Of a DNA stretch of 27,788 nucleotides, positions 1 through 8,306 are shown piece after piece (position 1 is the first letter of the stretch; each line of letters begins with the position of its first letter). The DNA is from Candidatus Sulfobium sp. (GTDB lineage: Bacteria; Nitrospirota; Thermodesulfovibrionia; Thermodesulfovibrionales; UBA6898): contig JARRRI010000038.1 in the NCBI GenBank assembly GCA_037380845.1, forward strand, positions 740 to 28,527. Reading direction: 5' to 3'. The notes beneath the pieces are model-generated. The model saw only the letters and a program-made list of their open reading frames with translations. It was not told where the DNA came from and ran no database searches. Made by a program: the position numbers and the translations under genes.

Positions 1-311
1 ATCCTTACAAGCGGTTTCCCGTAATCCTGTTCGGTCGTGCGTCTTCACTGCCTTCGGGCATTATTCAGTGGGGAATAAAGAAAAATGCCGCCTTCCTTAC
101 TGCATGGAGCACTGTCGATGTTTCTGAAGGGGGCGACTTTTATCGTCTTCTGACTATAGACCCAGCCATCTCTCAGGAGATGGGGGGCGAATCGGTCCTT
201 CGGGAATACGCTGACAGACTTACACGGTGCATAGCAGAACAACCCTGGCAGTGGATGGGGCTTCCGATCATCGAACAATATGACGAAAGCGGTGTAATTA
301 AAAATGTCTGA
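1..311 (+). CDS. 3' part of a lysophospholipid/lipid A (LpxL/HtrB-like) acyltransferase, truncated by the window edge
   Basis: Not in the ORF track. Frame +3 is open from 3 to TGA 309-311: PYKRFPVILFGRASSLPSGIIQWGIKKNAAF...VLREYADRLTRCIAEQPWQWMGLP...KNV*. 'V.LFGR...LPSG' and 'Y...L...I...P.QW' are C-terminal motifs of the family. The stop overlaps the next ATG (ATGTCTGA). Confidence 0.7.
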   Translation, partial: PYKRFPVILFGRASSLPSGIIQWGIKKNAAFLTAWSTVDVSEGGDFYRLLTIDPAISQEMGGESVLREYADRLTRCIAEQPWQWMGLPIIEQYDESGVIKNV

Positions 312-1470
312 AGTACTCACAATTATTACAGCCGTCTCACCTTCCTACCGGTACTCCTCTGAACTGATGCTCTGCATGCGCATGTTCAGAAAGGCGCTTC
401 CCGAAGATTCACTATTGTTGGTTAACGAGAGTACACAGCCGGGATCTTTCAGAAAATTCGTCAAGGATCATTTCTCCCGGTTATCTCCGTACATATTGAT
501 AGTGAAGGAGCCTGCTTTGTTAATGGGAAAAGATACGGTGAAGACCTTGAGGGACTTTCTCGATGCCAATCCTGATATCGATTGCGTTCTCCCTTCTGAT
601 ATTCGCGGATACAGATCGACTCGTGTTGCAGATTATTACACGCTGAAGGGATTTGAGAGGTTTTCATCTTCCCTGCGTGACCAGTCCTCGACAAGTTCTC
701 CTTATGACGGAAGAGACCAATGGATGTTTCTTATCAGACAAGAGCGGCTTGCCGCAGTGGATATTCCTGAAGACCCTATGGACATCCCGAAGATTCTTCC
801 CGGGGAAAAGACGTGCATTTCTCTCAATTCTTACATTCACCCTTTTATTGATTATTACCATGAAGACAGGAGCGATGTCCTGCACCTTGTTCCGAAGGAT
901 GTTCAGTCATTCCTGGACATCGGATGTGCAAGAGGGAATTTCGGTGCATCCGTCAAAAGAGAAACAGGCTGCAGGGTTGTCGGCGTCGAGACAAATCCCC
1001 ACGAGGCGCAATTCGCCGAAAAAAATCTTGACAGCGTGATAGTGGGTGACGTTCTCGCTGTCGATATCGGGGAGACTTTTGACTGCGTTGCCTGCCTGGA
1101 CGTAGTCGAACATTTTGCAGACCCGGAACCTTTACTCAAGAAAGTGAGGTGCCTGCTCAACGAGGAAGGACATTTTCTGATGGCGGTACCCAATGTCGGC
1201 CACTGGTCTGTAATAGAAGATCTTATGGAAGGCAGATGGGATTATATTCCCGCCGGTATTTTAACTGTATCTCATCTTCGCTTTTTTACAAAGGCGGCAA
1301 TCAAGTCACTTCTTGAAGATATGGGCTTTACAATTGTAACAATGGGAGGACAGCCAACCCGCCTTCCCGCTTACGCCGATGACCTGTCAAGTCTGATGGA
1401 ACAATTCGACATAGAAGTGGACAAGCAAAATCTTTCTTTTCTAAGTTATTATATCTTAGCTAAAAAGTAA
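304..1470 (+). CDS. Class I SAM-dependent methyltransferase (glycan O-methyltransferase-like) with an extra N-terminal domain
   Basis: FLDIGCARG motif I, VGVE, FDCVACLDVVEH..DP, VPNVGHWS, G.WDY...GIL...HLRFFT. The first ~180 aa are a separate domain. Confidence 0.85.
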   Translation: MSEVLTIITAVSPSYRYSSELMLCMRMFRKALPEDSLLLVNESTQPGSFRKFVKDHFSRLSPYILIVKEPALLMGKDTVKTLRDFLDANPDIDCVLPSDIRGYRSTRVADYYTLKGFERFSSSLRDQSSTSSPYDGRDQWMFLIRQERLAAVDIPEDPMDIPKILPGEKTCISLNSYIHPFIDYYHEDRSDVLHLVPKDVQSFLDIGCARGNFGASVKRETGCRVVGVETNPHEAQFAEKNLDSVIVGDVLAVDIGETFDCVACLDVVEHFADPEPLLKKVRCLLNEEGHFLMAVPNVGHWSVIEDLMEGRWDYIPAGILTVSHLRFFTKAAIKSLLEDMGFTIVTMGGQPTRLPAYADDLSSLMEQFDIEVDKQNLSFLSYYILAKK

Positions 1471-1495
1471 CCCTCACATTCCCGGAGAGCACAAA

Positions 1496-2533
1496 ATGTC
1501 GAAAAAAGTCGTCTTTTGTTTCCATACCAACGACCATGAGTATAATATGGGCATAGGGTTTCTCTCTTCTTTTCTGAAAAAGAACGGAGTTGAAAGTGAT
1601 CTCGTAGTTTACCGTGAAATTCCGGGGAAATCGATCGATACGCCTGAATCCGTGGCATCTGAAATCATGGAGAAAGGTTCTCCGGTAGTCACATTTTCCG
1701 TTATGACATTCAACTGGCTTCGTATCAGAAAGATAATCTCCCTCCTCAGGCAGATGAATTATAACGGTCTCATAGTCGTGGGAGGTTATCACGCCATCCT
1801 CACCCCCGATGAAGTCCTGTCGGAACCGGGTGTGGACGCGGTCTGTATGGGGGAGGGGGAAAAGCCATTGCTTGAACTTACGAGGCTTTTTTATGGCGGG
1901 AGCGGAAGGATGCTGCCATCCGTGAGGGGAATTCTACTCAAAGGCGACAGTCCGTATGACATCTCCGACAAGAGATGGCATGTACCGAATCAGGAAGACT
2001 GCCCCTATGTTGATTATGAACTGTTCGGCTCCGAGGGTAATGAGGATCTTTCGAAGAAATTGATCGGCAGCCTTTCACCCGAAGCAACATTTCCACTCGC
2101 TGTTATCGCGGGAAGGGCTTGTCCCCACAAGTGCACATATTGCAGCAACAGCGCTCTGATAGACCATTACGTTGAGGAGGCTTGCACGCTCCGCAAACAT
2201 GGAATAATGATAGTAACGTTCAACATACCTTATGAAACAAAGGACCCTATAAGAAAGACATTTGACCTCAATGCCGCCATAGAACCCGATGCCGCTATAC
2301 CCTTTATTTACCAGGTCTTTCCCTCAACGGAGCTCGCCAGAATCGCTTACGAAGGGAGCATGGTTCCATCCCTGCCCGAGGGGAGATGGGACTATTGCAC
2401 GGCGTCGCTCGACACCCCGGACCTGCCTGCGTCGGATGTCGTAGGAATAGTTCAGGATTTCGGAGAGAGATTTGGGAACAGGGATCAGGTGGAACATGTT
2501 TACTCGACGCTGAGGCAACTCGTTTCGTACTAG
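1496..2533 (+). pseudogene. B12-binding radical SAM protein, in frame but apparently missing the centre of the radical SAM barrel
   Basis: N-terminal B12-binding domain (MGIGFLSSFLK, IVVGGYHA, D.VCMGEGE); CxxxCxxC (CPHKCTYC, nt 2120-2143); then an abrupt jump at about nt 2170 to the C-terminal EEA..LRKHGI...FN.P.ET...T..LN..I.PD. Only 345 aa. Confidence 0.65.
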
Positions 2534-3616
2534 ATGATCTCGGCCATCGTAGTCAATTATCACTCCGCCAAGCTCACCGAAAAGGCAGTTTCCTCCGTAA
2601 CCAACGAAGACGTCGAAAGTGAAATTTTTGTAATTGACAATACGGCTACACCCTCGGAACATGACGAGTTGCGGTCCCTGATGCCAAAAGCCGTAAAACT
2701 GATGTTCAACGGGTCAAACATAGGCTTTGCCCGCGCCTGTAACAGGGCTTATGCCGCTGCCTCTGGAGAACTTATTTTATTGCTGAATCCAGACGCTTTT
2801 TTTCTAAAGGGATCAATATGCAAGCTGGCGGAATTCATGGCTGAAAACGAGGATGCAGGGGCGGTGGGACCGAGGATCTTCTGGGACCAGGAGAAAACTT
2901 TTCTTCTCCCTCCAAGCCTTTTCCCGTCCCCTGCTTACGAATTGTGCCGACAGGCAGAAAAGGCATCTGAGACTTTCGGTGTGATCCATTCGCTTTCCTA
3001 CCGTCGGAGGTCCTTCCTTGCATGGACCACACCATGTCCGATAAGACAAACGGCACTGTCGGGGGGACACGTAATGGTGCGGCGGTCGGCCATCGAAAGG
3101 TGCGGCGGACTTTTTGACGACGGCTTTTTCATGTATTTTGAAGATTCCGATCTTATGCTGAGACTTCAAAAAGGAGGATGGCGACTTTTCATCGAACCCC
3201 GTGCGGAGGTGGTGCATCGCTATATACACGAAAATAGCAAGTTACGTCATATGGAGGAATCGAGCCGGTACTATTACCGGAAAAATTACGGCAACAGCTT
3301 CGTTCTAAAACTGGCGGCCAGAATATCCGGACTGCCGGTACGCCGGTCAGCGTCCAAGTGTACATTCGCTGGAGCGTTCGGCACTCCCCTAAGGGTCAAG
3401 GTGCCGGAGAAGCATCAGGAACGCTGGCTTTTCGAATGGAGCCCTTCCCCGGATCTCGTGCCCTCGGTGGGAAGGTTCGGGTCCGGGCCGGAGTTCTCTT
3501 TTCCCGAAGGATTGTGGAGCCTTATCGGACCCGGCACTTATTACAGCAGGATTTCAACGGCGAAACCTGTAGTCATGTCGGCATCTTACATGTCCTGGGA
3601 AAAGATGGAAGTATGA
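2534..3616 (+). CDS. GT2 glycosyltransferase (rhamnosyltransferase-like) with C-terminal extension
   Basis: ISAIVVNY, VIDN, NIGFARACN, LLLNPDA, GLFDDGFFMYFEDSDL motifs; abuts the upstream stop (TAGATG). Confidence 0.88.
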   Translation: MISAIVVNYHSAKLTEKAVSSVTNEDVESEIFVIDNTATPSEHDELRSLMPKAVKLMFNGSNIGFARACNRAYAAASGELILLLNPDAFFLKGSICKLAEFMAENEDAGAVGPRIFWDQEKTFLLPPSLFPSPAYELCRQAEKASETFGVIHSLSYRRRSFLAWTTPCPIRQTALSGGHVMVRRSAIERCGGLFDDGFFMYFEDSDLMLRLQKGGWRLFIEPRAEVVHRYIHENSKLRHMEESSRYYYRKNYGNSFVLKLAARISGLPVRRSASKCTFAGAFGTPLRVKVPEKHQERWLFEWSPSPDLVPSVGRFGSGPEFSFPEGLWSLIGPGTYYSRISTAKPVVMSASYMSWEKMEV

Positions 3617-3665
3617 TATTATTAAAGGGAATCAGGCAATGAATACGAAGCTCCTGTCTTTCGAG

Positions 3666-3926
3666 TTTTTGTCATTCCGGCTCTTGTCCCGGCCGAGTCA
3701 GGGATTGGTCCGGAATCTTTCTGACATGCTGGCTTTGTGATATAGGATGCATTTGAGGTGTATATAATAGCCAATGTAAGACCAGCCTTATATGTCCGTG
3801 ACCGGAACCCATCTCAAACGCGGTTCTCGGTTCAAGTCCGTCGTTCCCGCCATCCCGAAAGCCTTCTGGAGTCGGGAATTATTCTAAAAACGAAGAAAGA
3901 TTCCGGACAAGCCGAAATGACAAAAA
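3666..3926. repeat. REP-like palindromic cluster (GTCATTCCGG... family) forming a long inverted repeat
   Basis: Left arm TTTTTGTCATTCCGGCT...GTCCGGAATCTTTCT (3666-3722) is nearly the reverse complement of right arm AGAAAGATTCCGGACAAGCCGAAATGACAAAAA (3894-3926). A third unit GTCGTTCCCGC...GTCGGGAATTATTCT lies at 3839-3885. Confidence 0.85.
3758..3803 (+). pseudogene. Remnant of a GIY-YIG nuclease N-terminus
   Basis: Translates VYIIANVRPALYV followed by C GTG ACC. Restoring 2 nt gives VYIIANVRPALYVGVT, matching the 'VYI-x(5-7)-LY.GVT' GIY-YIG signature. The rest of the gene is absent. Confidence 0.55.
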
Positions 3927-3989
3927 TTACCCACACTATTAAGCATAAGATAACGTCATTACCTCGTCCGGAGATGATCAGGCACATGT

Positions 3990-5762
3990 ATGGACAATCT
4001 TAGGGAATTGCCTCAGCCTTTCGGGTTTTACCGTTACGTACTGAAGTCGGACCACCTTCATTTCGGCCTTTGGGGAGAAAACCAGGGTATCCCGATGGAA
4101 GATGCCCAGGACAGCATGTTCAATCGTCTTCTTGCTTTTTTCCCGTCGTCACCGGCAACGGTTCTCGACGTTGGGTGCGGGCTGGGTCTTTCCGCCGCCC
4201 GTTTGTCTCAACTCGGTTATAACGTTACTGCAATCGCTCCTGCGCCGGAGTTGATCAGATATGCCTCTGAGCGATACAGCGGAAGCGGCGTAAGGTTCAA
4301 GGCACTCGGCTTTCTCGACGAAGATAATGAGATTTTCACTGCCGACAGTTATGACGTACTTTTTTTCCAGGAATCTGCACAATATCTGAGCCCCCTCGAT
4401 TCGGCCATCAGGAAAGCCCGACTGCTCCTCAACAATAAAGGCATAGTGGTTATCGGAGACGAAGTGTGCTATGACAGGGACGTAAAACCCTTCACTTCGG
4501 TACATATGTCGCAAGATTTTACGGTTACTCTTTCTGAAAGCGGCTTTCGCATTCTTGAAAATGAAAAGATAGGGGAAGATGTCTCGCCGACATGCGATTT
4601 CATCATCGATCAGTTCACTACCAGATTTGGAGAGATCGTATCCCGTTTTGAGGGCGCTGATGTTTCGGACAATCTCATCTTTTACCGGGAGGGATGGAAA
4701 AAACAGAAGGAATGGTACTCGAACAAACAGATGGGTTATGAGATATTCGTCGCCCGGAAGGACAGCTTTTTCATGAGACCTTACGCTGAGAGTGACGAAC
4801 ACGATATCCTTCCAGCATTCAACCGTTTGTTTCACGTGAACAGACCGCTGGAGCACTGGTACTGGAAGTTCAGGGACAATCCTTACGGTTCTCACAAGGT
4901 CGCCCTTGCATTCTCGGACAGCGTGCCGCTTGCCGCCCATTACGCCGGATATCCAGTCCCTTTTTACTCTGCCCATAACTCCCCTCCTGAGTTCTTCTCG
5001 ATGCAGATAGGGGACACCATGACCAGCCCTGAGGTGCGGAATGTAGGCCTTGGGAAGACGGGGCTGCTTGCGAGGACTTCCCGCTATTTTTATGCAAAAT
5101 TCTGTGAGGAGGGACTGCCCTTCATTTACGGCTTTAATACAGGTCATATAAGGAAGCTGGGAATGAGGTATCTGGGGTATACTTATATACGCCCTGTAAC
5201 TTACTGGGTAAAGGACCTCGCAAAAATTCCTCTGAAACAGCCAGGGTTGATCAGCAGGCTCCTTTCAGGCTTCACGGTGGAGGAGGTCAAGTCGATAGAC
5301 TCAGAATGGGACGTTTTTTTCCGCCGAGTCAGTCCTTCTTATCGCTTCCTCGTCAGGAGGGAGGCCGCATATCTCAAGTGGAGATATCTGGATTGTCCTG
5401 ACAGGGTACACAGAATATTTTCTGTCCGCAGAAGAGGAATACTCATCGGCTGGAGCGTCTTTTCTCTCCGGGAGAGGAAGCTCATTTGGGGAGATGCACT
5501 TTTTGACAAACGGTACCCCGATTCTGTCCGGTATTTGTTGTATACAGTTATCAGGCATTTTTTCCCGAAGGCCGAAACTGTCGAGGGATGGTTCTCGCTC
5601 CGGCCGGCCTGGTGGCGCAGACTTCTTGACGATGCCGGTTTTGCGGTTGTTCCGGAGCCCCACGAGCTAACCCCTGGCTTCGTCATCTTCGGAGATCAGA
5701 TTACCAAGGAGGCTCTTGAAGACCGTTTCTACTATACCTGGGGTGACAGCGACCTCTTTTAG
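3990..5762 (+). CDS. SAM methyltransferase fused to a GNAT-fold acyltransferase region
   Basis: N-terminus HLHFGLW, VLDVGCGLG, YDVLFFQES; C-terminus RPY..SD...I...F...F...W.WKF.DNPYG, GDTMT.P..R..G, YGF, R...YL.WRY...P. Confidence 0.8.
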   Translation: MDNLRELPQPFGFYRYVLKSDHLHFGLWGENQGIPMEDAQDSMFNRLLAFFPSSPATVLDVGCGLGLSAARLSQLGYNVTAIAPAPELIRYASERYSGSGVRFKALGFLDEDNEIFTADSYDVLFFQESAQYLSPLDSAIRKARLLLNNKGIVVIGDEVCYDRDVKPFTSVHMSQDFTVTLSESGFRILENEKIGEDVSPTCDFIIDQFTTRFGEIVSRFEGADVSDNLIFYREGWKKQKEWYSNKQMGYEIFVARKDSFFMRPYAESDEHDILPAFNRLFHVNRPLEHWYWKFRDNPYGSHKVALAFSDSVPLAAHYAGYPVPFYSAHNSPPEFFSMQIGDTMTSPEVRNVGLGKTGLLARTSRYFYAKFCEEGLPFIYGFNTGHIRKLGMRYLGYTYIRPVTYWVKDLAKIPLKQPGLISRLLSGFTVEEVKSIDSEWDVFFRRVSPSYRFLVRREAAYLKWRYLDCPDRVHRIFSVRRRGILIGWSVFSLRERKLIWGDALFDKRYPDSVRYLLYTVIRHFFPKAETVEGWFSLRPAWWRRLLDDAGFAVVPEPHELTPGFVIFGDQITKEALEDRFYYTWGDSDLF

Positions 5763-5794
5763 TCCGGAAGGATGGTTGAAGATCAGTCAGTAGT

Positions 5795-8077
5795 TTAGTC
5801 CTTTGTGTTTCCGAGCATGCTCCGGATATTCTCCGGCAAGTCCTTAAACCTGCGAAGTTCCGATATATAGTATCGGGCCTTCTCCGCATTACCCTTCAAG
5901 TAGTATGCCCTTGCCTTGTTGAAGGGGACCATGTACTTGGGCATGTCGTGTCTTAACGCCTTATCATAAAATTCCCCGGCCTCCCTCTCCCTGCCCATGA
6001 CCATGAGAACATTTGCCATCGAAAGGTAAGGCTGATATGAAAAGGGGGATTTTGAAACCGCTCGCCGGGCGTAAACCAGAGCATCTTCCGGCTTCGATCC
6101 TCTGACCAGCAGAAGGTCCGCCATGTCAGACAGCGCCAGAGTGTTATCAGGGTCAAGCTGAAGCGCTTTAATGAAACAATTATATGCAAGCGGAATATCT
6201 CTTTTCAACATATACGCCACCCCCATGCCGTAATAGGCGGACGCAAACCCGGGATCGATAGACAGTGCCTTCTTGTAGCTCCCTATCGCGTTATTCGCCA
6301 TCCCCTTCGCCCTGTATGAATCGCCAAGTAACGTATATACCACCACCGTATCGGTTGCGTTTGCCTTCGCAGCCGGCAAAACCTTATCGTATTGCCTGAT
6401 AGCCCGGTCGACATTGCCCGTCAGGGAATTATAGAAGGCCCTCAGGATTTCCGGCTTGTAAGAGTCAATAACATTGTTGAATTCGTCTATCAACTTTTTG
6501 GCTTTAGGCAACTGTCCCCTGAAAAGATATATCATGCCGAGGCTGTATGCAGCGTCGTTGAAAAAATGCACCCTCTTGTTTGCACCGCTCATCTTCATGA
6601 CCTTCTCGTAACACCTCCGGGCATTATCGGTGTCAGCCGCTTTAAGGTAGGCGTTACCGAGTGATTGCATTGCCCGTATATTGGAAGGCACTTTTTGCAC
6701 TGTATCTGTCCATAAGGTTATTGAATCCTTCCACACGAAATTCCTCACAAAAGTCAATGACCCGAGGGCAAGACAGAGAACTGCGGCACAGCCCCAAACA
6801 ACCCTCTCCTTTGTCCTGAAAGACACAAGTATCTGGCCCGCTATCCCGATAACCAGGCCCGCAAGAGGCAGGTAATTCCTGTGCTCAAAATAGAGGTCGG
6901 AACCGAGAGCCAGAAAGCTCTCCAGAGATATAGCAATGAAGTACCAGAGAATGCCGAAACACAAGAGGGGGAATCGCTTAATTTTCGATATCGAAAAAAT
7001 CAGGAGTATCAGAATAAACGCCATGGAGAGCAGAGTGGTTATCGGCTCCGTCAGGCCGTGGGAGACGGGATATCCCCACCAGTCAAAAACAAGAAATCGT
7101 GGAAGGGGCGCAAATATGAGCAATATATACCGCGAAACGACCCGGAATTCGGTCAGGATATGCTCAAGCGGAGTCCAGTATACATCGGTCGCCATCCAGC
7201 TCTTTGTCGGCAGCGGTTGATTGAAATTCATTAGCATATGCGCCAACTCATTAAATCTGGAATAGAGGTTGAGAGAATGAGATGCAACACCAATACTTGC
7301 AATACCAATAGCAGTAACGATTAACATCTTCCTGGCGAAAAGTCTTCGGTCAAACCTTGAAAGAAAGACGTAGTCATAAAGCATTATGAGAGGAGCCGCC
7401 ATGACTGCATTTTCTTTAGCAAATATTCCGGTTATGAGAAAAATAGCACTCAGGAAATATAAGCACAGACTCACCGTCCAGCGTTGAGATTTATCGGCGG
7501 CTACATAACTGAGAAGTGAAAGCAGAACGAAAAATGCAGCAAGTGACGCCATCCTCTGGACAATGTAAGCAACTGCGTTGATGTTCAGGGGGTGCAGAGC
7601 GAATATTCCGCCGCTGATGAGGGCAACTGAAAAGGCCCGGTCCTTCAGAGAAGACAGCGGACTTTCCCGCCCCTCGGTGATTTTTTTATCCATAGGGCGG
7701 GTGCTTCGCCCATAAAGAAGGAATATGGACTGGTATGCCAGCAAATATACAAGTGCCGCATTCAGAAAATGGAGAAAAATGTTAAACAGCCTGAAATTTA
7801 CCGGGCTGAAGGGGGCGATAGACCTGTTGAGGAGGAATGTAAAAGAGGCTACCTTTCTATAGCCCACGATATCACCGATTTCGCCAAGACCCACGGGTCT
7901 TTTTGCCAGGACGTCATCCAGCGCCCAGGTACCGTGAAATGAACTCGAATAAGCGAGGAAGGTGGCGAAAAGCAGCAAAATTAAAGCAACTGCATGCTTT
8001 CTGATAATAACGCTGCGACGGCTCCAGTCCCCTGCAGACACTTGTTGATTCAGTTTGCCGGACTGCATGATTCCCAT
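5795..8077 (-). CDS. TMTC-like polytopic GT-C membrane glycosyltransferase with C-terminal TPR repeats (putative protein O-glycosyltransferase)
   Basis: First TM followed by AYSSSF...W.LDD (acidic DD loop), N..LH..N..LV, FALHP...AV.YI.QR, KE.A, FEHRNYLP, RN.VWKD..TLW.D, then several TPRs (A...LG..Y). Start may be ATG 8068. Confidence 0.85.
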   Translation of the reverse strand: MGIMQSGKLNQQVSAGDWSRRSVIIRKHAVALILLLFATFLAYSSSFHGTWALDDVLAKRPVGLGEIGDIVGYRKVASFTFLLNRSIAPFSPVNFRLFNIFLHFLNAALVYLLAYQSIFLLYGRSTRPMDKKITEGRESPLSSLKDRAFSVALISGGIFALHPLNINAVAYIVQRMASLAAFFVLLSLLSYVAADKSQRWTVSLCLYFLSAIFLITGIFAKENAVMAAPLIMLYDYVFLSRFDRRLFARKMLIVTAIGIASIGVASHSLNLYSRFNELAHMLMNFNQPLPTKSWMATDVYWTPLEHILTEFRVVSRYILLIFAPLPRFLVFDWWGYPVSHGLTEPITTLLSMAFILILLIFSISKIKRFPLLCFGILWYFIAISLESFLALGSDLYFEHRNYLPLAGLVIGIAGQILVSFRTKERVVWGCAAVLCLALGSLTFVRNFVWKDSITLWTDTVQKVPSNIRAMQSLGNAYLKAADTDNARRCYEKVMKMSGANKRVHFFNDAAYSLGMIYLFRGQLPKAKKLIDEFNNVIDSYKPEILRAFYNSLTGNVDRAIRQYDKVLPAAKANATDTVVVYTLLGDSYRAKGMANNAIGSYKKALSIDPGFASAYYGMGVAYMLKRDIPLAYNCFIKALQLDPDNTLALSDMADLLLVRGSKPEDALVYARRAVSKSPFSYQPYLSMANVLMVMGREREAGEFYDKALRHDMPKYMVPFNKARAYYLKGNAEKARYYISELRRFKDLPENIRSMLGNTKD

Positions 8078-8306
8078 ATTATAAGCCGGGTGTCTGTCCT
8101 AAAAAAAGGCCCACTGATATCCCAGATTCTCTCTGTCAGATAAAATGACCGGACGGCAAAGTATTTATGGTATGAAAAGAAAGAGATTAATAGTATATCG
8201 CCGGGATTACCGCGCAGCCAGGAAGTCTCGCCGAAACAGAGGTGGCGAGAAGAGGGTTAACCTCCCCGCCGTTCCTCACGTTTCCTGCCAACTCTCCGAA
8301 TAATGC

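Noticed and set aside
45..320. 91-aa minus-strand ORF
   Set aside because: Antisense to the acyltransferase 3' end in frame +3, which has family motifs and couples to the next gene.
3758..4003. 81-aa ORF as an intact gene
   Set aside because: Only the first 13 codons look protein-like (GIY-YIG); the rest reads through palindromic repeats.
4149..5147. 332-aa minus-strand ORF
   Set aside because: Shadow of the MTase-GNAT gene; no motifs.
8240..8275. Terminator after the BACON-repeat gene
   Set aside because: Hairpin GGCG..GAGG/CCTC..CGCC is imperfect and lacks a clear U-tract.
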